From a virus (taxonomy: Duplodnaviria; Caudoviricetes), in the IMG/VR virus record IMGVR_UViG_2852743531_000003, positions 1-64,000 of that record: 64,000 bases of DNA, one strand, 5' to 3'. Below, piece by piece: positions 28,564-38,111 of the stretch. The translations under genes were made by a program, and so were the position numbers. Position 1 is the stretch's first letter, and each line of letters starts with the position of its first letter. The notes under the pieces were generated by a model, which did not search any database, was not told where the DNA came from, and was given only the letters and a program-made list of their open reading frames with translations.

Positions 28564-31380
28564 GCACCTCGCTGAGCCTCTCCTGGGTGGAAAGGTTGCG
28601 TCTACAAGGGGCCGCGGATGATACCCAATCTCTATCGCTACCCGCTCGACCTCTCGGGCGAACGCCGGAAAAACTTCGTGACTGGCGAGCCGCATGCGAT
28701 CGGAACCATGCCTGTACGCGTCATCGCGCCCCGTCAGGGGCTTTTCTTTGGCGCATCCGTCCAGATCGTGGACGCGTTCACCCAGCACACGCTGTTGCCG
28801 CTCCAGTATCGTTTCCAGTTCCTGCACGAACACGCGACGAGACTGACGGGCAAGGAGGTCGACGCGGTGATCGTCATCACCGATCCGGGCGTCAGCCCCA
28901 ATGTCCTGATTACCTACCAGGCGCTGGGCGGCGAGTACGGCCAGCCGCTGGCCGCGATCACGGATGAAATCACCGCGTTAGCCAACGACACGCGCGGTGT
29001 CGCATTCCAGGACATCACGAACAGGCCGGATACCTTTCCCCCCGTGCCACATCTGCACGCAATCGGGGACACCTACGACTGGGACTATATCGTCACGGCC
29101 ATCGAGATGCTGATGGCGATCGTGAGCCTGTCCGAAACGGCAGCCTACGACACCGTGCTGGGTTTCATCGATCAGCAGGTCAATCTTCGCGACGGCGACA
29201 TTGCCAATCTTGCGCAGCAGCTCTCGGCGCACATCACAAACTACAGCAACCCGCACCAGACCACGCTCGCCCAGCTGAACATGTATTCCGCCGCGCAGGT
29301 CGCAACGCTGATTGCCAGCCAGACAGCCGCACGTGAGGCGGGTGACAGCGCTCTGCTTGCCAGCATTGCGGCCCATTCGGGGGATCTGGGCAACCCACAT
29401 CGCGACACGGCGGCCGACATTGGCGGCTATACAAGCGAAGAGGCGAATGCCAACCTGAACACCATCGTGAATGCGCTTGACGCAACGCTCGCGCAGGATG
29501 CATCTGCGATGGCCGCGCACATCGCCGACACTGACAATCCTCATGAGGTGACACTCGCCCAGATTGATGGACTGACGACGGCACAGATCAACGCCGTGAT
29601 TTCGACGGCGATGCAGCCGGCAACCACGCAGCTCGCGGCCATCGAGAGCCAGCTCGATACCCACATCACCAACTACAGCAATCCGCACCAGACCACGCTC
29701 GCACAGATCAGCGGGTGGGACAACGGCAGTATCGGCACGGTCAACACGCAGGCGACCAGCCACATCAGCAACCGAAGCAATCCGCACCAGCTGAACGTTT
29801 CACAGGTCGGTACGCTGACGGGCGCACAGATCAACGCGAACATCACCAGCAACCTGGTGAACCCGGCGAACAACTCGTATCTGACGCCACAGGCAAACAA
29901 CATCAACGCCCACGTCGGCAATTTCAATAACCCCCATAACACCACGGTGGCGATGCTCGGCGGCTGGACCTACGCACAGTGGCAGGCCGCATTACAGGCC
30001 GCGATCAACAACCTTTCTTACCATTGACCTCGACGTTCAGGAGAACTGTGTATGTCCGAAGTCATGAGTTTGCCACTGGACGCAACAGGAAAGGCACCAT
30101 CAAACCACATCACCGACGAACATTACGTAATCGGATCAGCCGGTATCCGGGCTATCGCGACAGACTACGGTGGATTTTACGCTTCTAGCCTCATCATCCG
30201 GGACGTTGCAACCGGCGAGCCGCTTGGACCCGACCAGTATTTCCTGTCAGGGATCATGGATCTGGCCACCGCGAAGTACGGCGCAGCCAATGCTACGCAG
30301 ATCGTCTCGATCGTTGTTGTCACGGATCCTGCGGTTTCCAGCAACGTCGAACTCGACTATCAGGCGCTTGGCGTGCAGTACGCCACACCGCAAACCGCAA
30401 TCGCCAATGCGATCGAAACGTATGAACCTGATACACGATCACCGCAATGGCCATCGGTTATCGACGATGTAGCCGATCTGCCTGCCTCGCAGGCGCTGCA
30501 TGACGCGGGACAGGAAGGGCTGATCACCTTCGAATATGTGGTCCATGCCATTGATCGCCTGCAGCAGCTGGCGTTAATGGGTGATCCGATCGCACAGGAC
30601 GAGGTGAAGGCTTACGCGGACGGGGCCGACAATACACAGACGCAGGCCATCAGTTCACTGCTCGATCTGCTGGTGAAGCACGAAGCGGATCACGCCAACC
30701 CCCACCGGCTCACACCCGGCCAGATTCTGGCTTTGACACAGTCGCAGCAGGACGCTGCCATCAGGGTCGAGACGTCAGCGCGTATCGCGGCTGACACGGA
30801 AGTCGACGAGACGCTGAACGATCACATCACCGACTACGCAAACCCGCACCAGACCACCCTTGCGCAGGTCGACATGTACTCAGTCGCACAGGCGAACAAC
30901 CAGATCAGTATTGCGCAGAATGGGGTCAACGCCGTGCTCGCGTCCAACGTGAGCACAATGAACGCCCACATCAACAACACGAACAACCCCCACCAGACGA
31001 CTCCCGCCGAACTCGGCACGCTAAGCGCCAGCGACATTTCGGCGGCAATTGCCGCGGCCGCCAGCACGGTGACATCCGGGGTAAGCGCTGCGCTCTCGAC
31101 GCTTAACGCGCATATAGGCAATACCGCAAACCCTCACGAGCTGACCCCTGCACAACTCGGAACATGGACTGCTGCGCAGTTGCAGAGCCTCGCGAGTGCG
31201 GTGTCGGGACACGCCGCAAACTATTCGAATCCTCATGGCGACACGGTCGACATGATCGGCGGCATGGCGAGTGATGCGATCGACAGCGCCATCAATAGCG
31301 CACTCTCAGGACTGCTGTCCTATTACTCGAACAACAACGCGGCGATGGTCGGGCACGTCAATAATTTCGGCAATCCGCAT
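27739..31380 (+). repeat. 18 HxxxxxNPH coding repeats, mostly 144-nt period, across fibre genes 2-4
   Basis: NPH codons start at 27757/27901/28045/28189/28291/28435; 29248/29392/29536/29680/29779/29929; 30697/30841/30985/31129/31228/31372. Confidence 0.9.
28618..30027 (+). CDS. Fibre protein 3 (gp131/134/135 family)
   Basis: YPLDLSG..NFVTGE anchor, YQALGG, six NPH repeats, no C-terminal globular domain. Confidence 0.8.
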   Translation: MIPNLYRYPLDLSGERRKNFVTGEPHAIGTMPVRVIAPRQGLFFGASVQIVDAFTQHTLLPLQYRFQFLHEHATRLTGKEVDAVIVITDPGVSPNVLITYQALGGEYGQPLAAITDEITALANDTRGVAFQDITNRPDTFPPVPHLHAIGDTYDWDYIVTAIEMLMAIVSLSETAAYDTVLGFIDQQVNLRDGDIANLAQQLSAHITNYSNPHQTTLAQLNMYSAAQVATLIASQTAAREAGDSALLASIAAHSGDLGNPHRDTAADIGGYTSEEANANLNTIVNALDATLAQDASAMAAHIADTDNPHEVTLAQIDGLTTAQINAVISTAMQPATTQLAAIESQLDTHITNYSNPHQTTLAQISGWDNGSIGTVNTQATSHISNRSNPHQLNVSQVGTLTGAQINANITSNLVNPANNSYLTPQANNINAHVGNFNNPHNTTVAMLGGWTYAQWQAALQAAINNLSYH

Positions 31381-31980
31381 CAGGTTAGCGCGCAGGCTAT
31401 CGGTTGCGTCGGACCCTGGAACAATCTCGCGGGCGATCTGAACAACGCACAGGCGCAGATCAATGCGAGCGGCCATCCTGTCACTGAGTCGCCAACGCAG
31501 TATTTCAGCATCAACTACTCGGGTGCGATGGGGGGCAATTTCGAGCGCAGCCTGGAGATTGCCTGGTCCATCAGTGCCGGCACAGCGTACTACCGCCCGT
31601 CCGGCGGGGACAACACCTTTTGCGGCATCTTCCCGTTCTTCAGCGTGACCGGCGGAGCTCAGGTTCAGGGCTTTTTCCGCTCGGGCAACGTCATCTCGAT
31701 CTATGTGCTCAATGGCAGCCTCGACGGCATGACCTTCACGTCGTCGATTGGCGACAATGTTCTGCTGTCCAACGCGCGCTCGTACACGTTCCTCCAGACG
31801 GGCAATGGCCTCTTCACGTTGTACTGCGGGATCAGTGCGGTGGGGCAGACGGGCACGCCGCGCTCGTACGCCGTGAATTTCACGGGCTCACCCCTGGCAC
31901 CGCAGCCGCCAATGGGCTACGTCAACAACCAGCCGCCTGCGCCACCCCCGCCGCCGCAGGAAGCTGGTGGCGGGGCCTGA
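30052..31980 (+). CDS. Fibre protein 4 (gp131/134/135 family) with C-terminal beta-rich domain
   Basis: LPLDATG..NHITDE anchor, YQALG, six NPH repeats, then an aromatic/beta-rich domain of about 150 aa and a poly-Pro tail. Confidence 0.8.
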   Translation: MSEVMSLPLDATGKAPSNHITDEHYVIGSAGIRAIATDYGGFYASSLIIRDVATGEPLGPDQYFLSGIMDLATAKYGAANATQIVSIVVVTDPAVSSNVELDYQALGVQYATPQTAIANAIETYEPDTRSPQWPSVIDDVADLPASQALHDAGQEGLITFEYVVHAIDRLQQLALMGDPIAQDEVKAYADGADNTQTQAISSLLDLLVKHEADHANPHRLTPGQILALTQSQQDAAIRVETSARIAADTEVDETLNDHITDYANPHQTTLAQVDMYSVAQANNQISIAQNGVNAVLASNVSTMNAHINNTNNPHQTTPAELGTLSASDISAAIAAAASTVTSGVSAALSTLNAHIGNTANPHELTPAQLGTWTAAQLQSLASAVSGHAANYSNPHGDTVDMIGGMASDAIDSAINSALSGLLSYYSNNNAAMVGHVNNFGNPHQVSAQAIGCVGPWNNLAGDLNNAQAQINASGHPVTESPTQYFSINYSGAMGGNFERSLEIAWSISAGTAYYRPSGGDNTFCGIFPFFSVTGGAQVQGFFRSGNVISIYVLNGSLDGMTFTSSIGDNVLLSNARSYTFLQTGNGLFTLYCGISAVGQTGTPRSYAVNFTGSPLAPQPPMGYVNNQPPAPPPPPQEAGGGA

Positions 31981-32003
31981 CATGACGGCGTCCCAGCATC
32001 ACT

Positions 32004-32241
32004 ATCGCAAGCCCCGGGAGCCAGACACGATGAAACCAGCATTGCCAGGTGAGCGCCGGAGCGCAAGCCAGATGCTTCGGGATCTGATCTACCACTCGCC
32101 GCGAGGATGTGGACAAGCGCACATCCGTGAACGGAAAAGGTATCGGCAATGCAATCGCAAGTCTCATGAGTCGACTTCAATGAAACCGCCATACTCGATC
32201 TATCACAGAACATCGCCCCAGATTCTTCGCGATCTGGTCTA
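32004..32241 (+). repeat. Degenerate 150-bp tandem duplication of a gene 5' end
   Basis: ATCGCAAG...ATGAAACC...CCAGATNCTTCGNGATCTGNTCTA recurs at an offset of exactly 150 nt (32004 and 32154). Confidence 0.75.
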
Positions 32242-32707
32242 TTTTACCTCCGGTTTTCTTCTGCCAGAACAGGGCGTGATCTATGGGAAGCCTGTAGCTA
32301 AAAAGCCCGTTCACGGAGATACGATCAAACGGGATACCGTAATCGAAATAGGGATAGAAAGAGGAGGCGCCTGCAGCCAGCGCATTCGGGGCAGAAGGTC
32401 GTTCTGGTACAGGCGGATCGATCTCGGCTTGCTTGATCCTCCAGAAGCAGGTCACGAGCCGATCCCCATAACGGCTTACCCATTTGATACGTATAACATC
32501 CTGCCTGCCATCAACGAATACTACGGGCTGAAACTCGGCCAAAACGATGTCGAAAACCGCGTATGCGGGCCAACGGACGTCGCTTACCTAGTAGCCAGCA
32601 GCGGATCGCTGGCGTTTTCGGGGTGCAAGGAACTCCAGTTGACCCTGCCGGATATCGCGAGTCTGGTCGATACAGCAAGTATCGGGGAGTTTGAAGCTGC
32701 TGCCTGA
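32180..32707 (+). CDS. Hypothetical protein, likely virion/tail accessory
   Basis: YRRIDL, LPAINEYYGLKL and GSLAFSG motifs. The start could instead be the in-frame ATG at 32030. Confidence 0.6.
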   Translation: MKPPYSIYHRTSPQILRDLVYFTSGFLLPEQGVIYGKPVAKKPVHGDTIKRDTVIEIGIERGGACSQRIRGRRSFWYRRIDLGLLDPPEAGHEPIPITAYPFDTYNILPAINEYYGLKLGQNDVENRVCGPTDVAYLVASSGSLAFSGCKELQLTLPDIASLVDTASIGEFEAAA

Positions 32708-32723
32708 AGAAGGCGTCTGCCGG

Positions 32724-34043
32724 TCAGCTTCCCGAACCGGCCTCCGTATTCCATGCGAGATAGCTGGCCGGCACGGCATTGATGAACGCGCTATTGCCGG
32801 GATTGAACGTGACCTGATCCGCGACCTGCCAGGTTGACGCGGCCGGAAACACCTGGGCGGCCTGAGCGTTGTGCCGGCAAATGCTCTGGATGGAGATCCC
32901 GCCGACGTTGCCAACGGGATTCTGGCTGTTCGGCGCATCGCCGTTCCACTGCTGGGTGATCGGGTTGTAGAACCAGATGAGCGCGTCGGTGAGGTTGACC
33001 GCCATGCCCACCGTGATGCCCTGCGATGGCGGCTGCGCGCCGGTCGAATCCACGACGGCGCCCAGGTAGTAGACGCCGCTCGTGGCCTTGGCCACGTTGG
33101 TGAACATCATGATGCTGTTCGCGTCTGCGCCCAGCTCGCCTACCGGTGCCCCGAACTGGTTAGTGAGACCAAACCCTACAGCCCCCGTCAGACGGTCATA
33201 GGTCGCCTCGGCGTAGAAGTAGCCCGAAACCTGCCCGTAAGTCGTGCGCGCAGTGAGCCATTCGTTCGCGCTCGCCGCCACCGTCATGTTGCTGTTTGCG
33301 AGTTCCATGCCGTCTGGCAGCAATTCGGGATCAAACGTCGCCGTCACTGTCGGCAGGATTTTCGTACCGCCTCCCGTGCCAGGAATATCGCCACCGGGAA
33401 TCGTTCCGTCATCGACCAGACTCTGGATGAACTGCGAGAGCATCGCGATCTGCTGCTGCAGTGTCGCGATCTGGGCGCGCGCTGCGGCCAACTGGGCTGT
33501 AGGCGTGCCCTTGCTACCCATCAGCGCCTCACGGCTCGCGGTGATCGAGGCATCCTCCTGCGGGCTGATCAGGGTCTTCGACGTCACGGCAAGCGATGTC
33601 ACCGCGCCTGGGTGCACACCGATCGCGTCCTGCACTGCGGCGCTCACCTGCGACTTCACGTAGGTCAGGTCGAGCGAATCCGGCAACGCACCGAGATTGA
33701 CGCCAAGCACGATACCCCGATACGGGATGTTGTTCGCGTTAGGCATCTGGCTGATGTACGTGCTCGGTACATACACCCAGTTGCCGCCCGTGGCCTGCAG
33801 TGAAACGATGGCGGCGCCAGCGGCGACATCATTCTGGTAGTCGGTCTGGGTCAGGTCCTGCGGCTGATAGTAGAGCGTAAAGGGATCGCCGCCGGCCGCG
33901 ATAATATCGACAAGCAGGCGTACCGCCACGCAACTGTACGCCAATGCGGGCGAGATCAGCTGGTCGAATGGTGCAACCAGCGACCACAGACCCGATGCAC
34001 CGACGTTCGGATTCAGGGGTGTCGTCATGGCAGGCTGGTTCAC
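32724..34043 (-). CDS. Virion-associated protein with C-terminal SPRY/B30.2-like domain
   Basis: phiKZ-like N-terminal half (GLWSLVAPF, VYVPSTYI, LGALP), a short coiled coil, then a SPRY pattern (SGYFYAE, VGFGL, TVGMAVNL..LIWFY..NG, QVTFNPG). Confidence 0.65.
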   Translation of the reverse strand: MNQPAMTTPLNPNVGASGLWSLVAPFDQLISPALAYSCVAVRLLVDIIAAGGDPFTLYYQPQDLTQTDYQNDVAAGAAIVSLQATGGNWVYVPSTYISQMPNANNIPYRGIVLGVNLGALPDSLDLTYVKSQVSAAVQDAIGVHPGAVTSLAVTSKTLISPQEDASITASREALMGSKGTPTAQLAAARAQIATLQQQIAMLSQFIQSLVDDGTIPGGDIPGTGGGTKILPTVTATFDPELLPDGMELANSNMTVAASANEWLTARTTYGQVSGYFYAEATYDRLTGAVGFGLTNQFGAPVGELGADANSIMMFTNVAKATSGVYYLGAVVDSTGAQPPSQGITVGMAVNLTDALIWFYNPITQQWNGDAPNSQNPVGNVGGISIQSICRHNAQAAQVFPAASTWQVADQVTFNPGNSAFINAVPASYLAWNTEAGSGS

Positions 34044-35419
34044 GAAGTGAGCGATGCAGTGTCGGCGGGCTGTACGGGAGCCGGCACACCGGGAAGGGGG
34101 AAGTTTGACAGCGTGACCATCAGATAGCTGATGCCCCCATAACTGGAGACGAGATACAGAATATTGTTGCGCACGAGCTTGGTCATGCCTGCCGGGACGC
34201 TACCGAACTGCGTCAGCGTTTCCGCGGTTTTGAGCATGTCAACGAGGAGCAGCAGGAAGTTTTGCGTGTCGACCGCCATGCGGTTGAAATCCACGCTTTG
34301 CGTGGGCACCGAAAGGATATCCGGAAACACGTTCACGATCTGGAATGCGCCGTTCCTGTTATTCGGTGAACCGCAGCTCACGAGCGCTACGCATTTATAC
34401 GGCACGGTCTGCACACACGCGTTCGAATCAATATGATTCGAACCATACGCCGCGACCTGATTGATCATGGCATTGGCACGGCTGAGGTTGGCGACTGGCG
34501 AGTAAATCCCGCGTTGCTGGCTACGATCCGGAATCGCGAACTGGTCCCACATCGGCACGAGAGTGAATTCCGTTCGTCTGAAAATGTCCGGCAGGATCGT
34601 TTCCCAGTCGGCCTGGTCATGCGCGCTGTTGGCCAGAATGAAATTGATGATGGCATTGGCAATCGAGTCGATATTGTTGCCGGCCAGTCCGTAAATCAGG
34701 ATCGTCCAGTTTGTCGGTATCGTATTGGCCGGGTTATTCGGATCGATGTAATTGAAGCTCAGTGCCTCAATCATTGTTTCCGGATTATTGCCTCTGGCCG
34801 CGTTGACCAGCGCAATGGTATCGGTATAGGACTGCGCCGCGACAAGTGCGGCGACGTTGGAGGAGGTCGTGAAAAAGTCATCGAGATTCTGGATCGGCGG
34901 CACGACGAGGATCGTGTAGTCATCGTACTGTGCAGCGAACGCCGCATCGGTGAACCAGATCCGGATGAGGCAGGTGCTACCCGTCGTGATCGAGCCATAA
35001 ACCGGATCCGTGAGGTTTTCCCATTGCAGCCATTCCGGCACCCAGTACGTGCCGTCGGTCACCATGGTGCCGCACGTGAAATTCTGTGCCTCGGTCTGGA
35101 ACTGGCCCAATAACCCGTCGAGCAGGGTTTGTGCCGCGATCTCGCCGGGGTTCGGGATGGCCTGCGTCTGCGCGTACACCCAAGCGGCGAACCGGAGTAC
35201 CTGTGTCGCGATTCCCGGCGGTGGTTGCACCGTGCCGGTGTCGTCCGCGCTGGTAAAGCTCACGAAGAAGAGGTCTGGACTCGACTCCTCAAAAAACATG
35301 GATTTCGTGATCGCGTAGGTACTCGAGAGTTCCGAAAGCGCGCCGATCACGGCAAGCGTGCCCGCAGGAGCGGCGCTCGCGAGCTTCGAATTATTGATGA
35401 AACCTTTGAGCAGATACAT
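34040..35419 (-). CDS. Virion structural protein (phiKZ gp157-like region)
   Basis: 459 aa. MYLLKGF, IGALS, IWFTDAAFAAQYD and LPDIFRRTEF motifs. Position upstream of RNase H. Confidence 0.6.
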   Translation of the reverse strand: MYLLKGFINNSKLASAAPAGTLAVIGALSELSSTYAITKSMFFEESSPDLFFVSFTSADDTGTVQPPPGIATQVLRFAAWVYAQTQAIPNPGEIAAQTLLDGLLGQFQTEAQNFTCGTMVTDGTYWVPEWLQWENLTDPVYGSITTGSTCLIRIWFTDAAFAAQYDDYTILVVPPIQNLDDFFTTSSNVAALVAAQSYTDTIALVNAARGNNPETMIEALSFNYIDPNNPANTIPTNWTILIYGLAGNNIDSIANAIINFILANSAHDQADWETILPDIFRRTEFTLVPMWDQFAIPDRSQQRGIYSPVANLSRANAMINQVAAYGSNHIDSNACVQTVPYKCVALVSCGSPNNRNGAFQIVNVFPDILSVPTQSVDFNRMAVDTQNFLLLLVDMLKTAETLTQFGSVPAGMTKLVRNNILYLVSSYGGISYLMVTLSNFPLPGVPAPVQPADTASLTS

Positions 35420-35510
35420 CGCGTTCGCGCTCCCGCCAGAGTGTCGTTAATGAGGCAAAAGGGGCATCCAGCGTCCCGCCTTTCCAGGACCATAAAATTC
35501 GAGGTGCTGC

Positions 35511-35900
35511 ATGCCTGTTTTCCAGTACGTCACAAAGCTGTTCACCGTGACATGGTCAGTCGTGCGGGAGATGGTGCTCAACGACCAGCCTTTCACACAG
35601 GTTCTCAGGGGCAACCGGCGACGTGCGATCTTCAGCGTCCTCGTGATGTCGAGCTTTATTTTCAGCGTGGTCAGTCTCGGCGCGGACGCGAGATTCGTGT
35701 CCATCCTGATCAGTTATGTACGACTGCAGCGTCAGTATCAGGAACTCGCAACGCAGTACAGGGAGCATGACGGGGAACACGCTTCAGATCATCGCGCCGC
35801 GGACGCTGGTCACGAGGCCGCGGCTTCCGCATCCGCGGCGCAATCCGATCCGGTCGACCGGCTACGCGCGGCGCTCACCGACTGGGAACCTGACAACTGA
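35511..35900 (+). CDS. Membrane protein with short coiled coil
   Basis: GAGG RBS. Hydrophobic segment AIFSVLVMSSFIFSVVSLG followed by RLQRQYQELATQY. Confidence 0.65.
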   Translation: MPVFQYVTKLFTVTWSVVREMVLNDQPFTQVLRGNRRRAIFSVLVMSSFIFSVVSLGADARFVSILISYVRLQRQYQELATQYREHDGEHASDHRAADAGHEAAASASAAQSDPVDRLRAALTDWEPDN

Positions 35901-35914
35901 CGATAGGTCCGACC

Positions 35915-36403
35915 ATGCTCCAGTACGGATGGATTCTCCCGGGCATCACGCTTGCCCTGCTACCAGGTTGCATCACGATCAATCCTGTCAGCACAGCACC
36001 TCCCTCCTCCGCTCCCACCGTGCTCTATGTTTTCACGCTGCCATCACCCGCGAATAATGCCGAGCACCCCGCCATCCGTCCTCCAGAAGTGCCGGAAACG
36101 CACCGCGCCACATCGACGCACACGCCGCCAGGAGCACCGGCGAGCTCACAGACCAACCATGAGGCCCACGAGGGCATCAATGCGCAGGACGTCTGTACCC
36201 GCTTTGTCATGCCCGATCTCCCGGCCGTACCCAAAGCGCCACTCAAGGAACTCGACGCGGTCCTTCCCGGCGATACCGCGTCGGCGCTCGCCATTTCCGA
36301 CCGGCACATCATCGACCTGCATCATTACATCGTCCGCCTGAAGCGCTCGCTGGACACCGCATATCAGGATTACCTGCATCGCTGCCGCGTCACCGCACCG
36401 TAA
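35915..36403 (+). CDS. Pro-rich putative lipoprotein
   Basis: Lipobox-like LALLPG-C, Pro-rich linker, C..F.MPDLPAVP, then a helical C-terminus ending in Cys. Confidence 0.65.
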   Translation: MLQYGWILPGITLALLPGCITINPVSTAPPSSAPTVLYVFTLPSPANNAEHPAIRPPEVPETHRATSTHTPPGAPASSQTNHEAHEGINAQDVCTRFVMPDLPAVPKAPLKELDAVLPGDTASALAISDRHIIDLHHYIVRLKRSLDTAYQDYLHRCRVTAP

Positions 36404-36451
36404 AACGTTACCGGCTCCTTCCATCGTGTGGTCCGGACTTGATGGGGAGGC

Positions 36452-38059
36452 GTGATGTACGCAGAAGACGGGTTTCTCGAGAAGGAAGCCAGGGACGCAG
36501 ACGCGGCAGACACGCCCCCGGTCAATTCGTCCAGTCGTCCCGCAGATGACGTCCCGGACAGGCTTGCGAGTGAGGTAACGACCGGTCTCGTTCTGTATAC
36601 GGACGCTGGCAGCAACCCGAATCCGGGGCCAACGGGATGGGGGGTCCACGGCTACCTCTACGCCGACTCCGCGCCGTCGAAAGGCAGCGGCAACAGCCGC
36701 TGGCTGCTCACCCGCAAGGGCTACGTCGAAAAGTACGATGCCGCGAAGCGCGTCGGTCTCACTGAAGTCACGCCGATCCACTATGTCGACGGCTACGGCT
36801 CCATGCTCATCACTGGCGAGCGCAGACCCAGCAACGACATCGGCGAGCTGACGGCCGCCGCGCGCGCGCTCGAGTATGCCCAGGACTTTGACGTGAAGCG
36901 CGTTGTCATCAGGGTTGATAGTGAATATGTACGCCGGGGAATGGAAAGCTGGGTTGACACGTGGGAGAAGAATGGCTGGATCAGACGCGGCGGCAGGCCC
37001 GTTTCCAATGTGGAACTCTGGAAGGAGTTGACCGCTGCGAGAACGCGCCTTCTGGAACGTGGCGTGGACGTCAGGTTCATCTGGGTCAAAGCCCATAGTC
37101 ATCATCTGGGCAACGTGCTGGCCGACAAGCTCGCCACGATCGGCATTGCGCTGTCCGCCCAGGGACTTCCCAGAAACGAGATAAGCTCGGCAGCCGCACA
37201 GGGATACTGGAAATACGATACCGGCCGTCATCCGATGCTCGCCAACCGGTGTCTGTACTTCAACAGCGTGGCACAGTACCAGCAGCCTGGCGTCTACTAT
37301 CTCGGAGATCATGGCAAGGAAGACGAGCTGCTCGGCAAGCGCATCAGCGACGGCGCGCATACGGTCACGAGACTCAGCGCACCCGATCCGGCAATCGAGC
37401 TCATCCGCAACTACACCACGGAACTGGCGGCCGGCCTCGACTCGATCATCATTGTGCGTCTGGACCAGCTTTTCAGTCCCACTACCCACCGCGAACTGAT
37501 TACCTGGGGCACAGCTGCCCTGCTGAGGCCTAACACATGGAGGCTGGACCTGAACTGCCTCGATGAAGAGCCCGGCGGCCATACCCACAAGCCGCTGTCG
37601 CGGGAATGCCGGCCGCCGCGCATCGCCATGCGTGCGATCGAAGCGATATCCGGCCTCATTGAGCGTCTGCGCCTGTATGAAGCGCATGATGCGTCCATCA
37701 CCACCACAGACCTTACCGGCCATCTCTACGAAACGAAGGAAAAACCCGCTGCGAAAAAAGGAGAGCCACAGGTCGTTATGGAATTGCGGCCAGAGTATGG
37801 CGTCGGCTTTGCCTCGATGAGCGTTTGCGCAAATTATCACGCAGCCGACAGCGTAGCTTCGATTCCCCTGACCCTGACGCTTGGCATCGACCTGCTCAAT
37901 CGCAACTCGCTCAAGCGTCTGGAGAAGTCCAGCCCCACGGTAACGCTGATCACATGGCCCGAATCAGGGCGATCCTTCCGGTATGCGACGGTGGTCAAGG
38001 CGGGCGAGGACATCTGCATCAGCGCCGGCACGTATTCGAACCTGCGGGTGATCCCCTGA
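36452..38059 (+). CDS. rnhA: Ribonuclease HI with C-terminal extension (phiKZ gp155-like)
   Basis: LYTDAGSNPNPG..GWG, GELTA, DSEYV, WEKNGW, N.ELW, WVKAH..H.GN.LAD.LA. Confidence 0.92.
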   Translation: MMYAEDGFLEKEARDADAADTPPVNSSSRPADDVPDRLASEVTTGLVLYTDAGSNPNPGPTGWGVHGYLYADSAPSKGSGNSRWLLTRKGYVEKYDAAKRVGLTEVTPIHYVDGYGSMLITGERRPSNDIGELTAAARALEYAQDFDVKRVVIRVDSEYVRRGMESWVDTWEKNGWIRRGGRPVSNVELWKELTAARTRLLERGVDVRFIWVKAHSHHLGNVLADKLATIGIALSAQGLPRNEISSAAAQGYWKYDTGRHPMLANRCLYFNSVAQYQQPGVYYLGDHGKEDELLGKRISDGAHTVTRLSAPDPAIELIRNYTTELAAGLDSIIIVRLDQLFSPTTHRELITWGTAALLRPNTWRLDLNCLDEEPGGHTHKPLSRECRPPRIAMRAIEAISGLIERLRLYEAHDASITTTDLTGHLYETKEKPAAKKGEPQVVMELRPEYGVGFASMSVCANYHAADSVASIPLTLTLGIDLLNRNSLKRLEKSSPTVTLITWPESGRSFRYATVVKAGEDICISAGTYSNLRVIP

Positions 38060-38111
38060 TTCTCAATGCCCCGGCGTACGGCTCTGATGCCCGCCGCTGC
38101 ACGCGTGACGG

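Noticed and set aside
25330-31400. Regularly spaced AAYCCNCAYCAG DNA repeats resembling a CRISPR array or DGR repeats
   Set aside because: They are in-frame coding NPH motifs with synonymous variation. No cas or reverse transcriptase gene and no adenine-specific TR/VR pair was seen.
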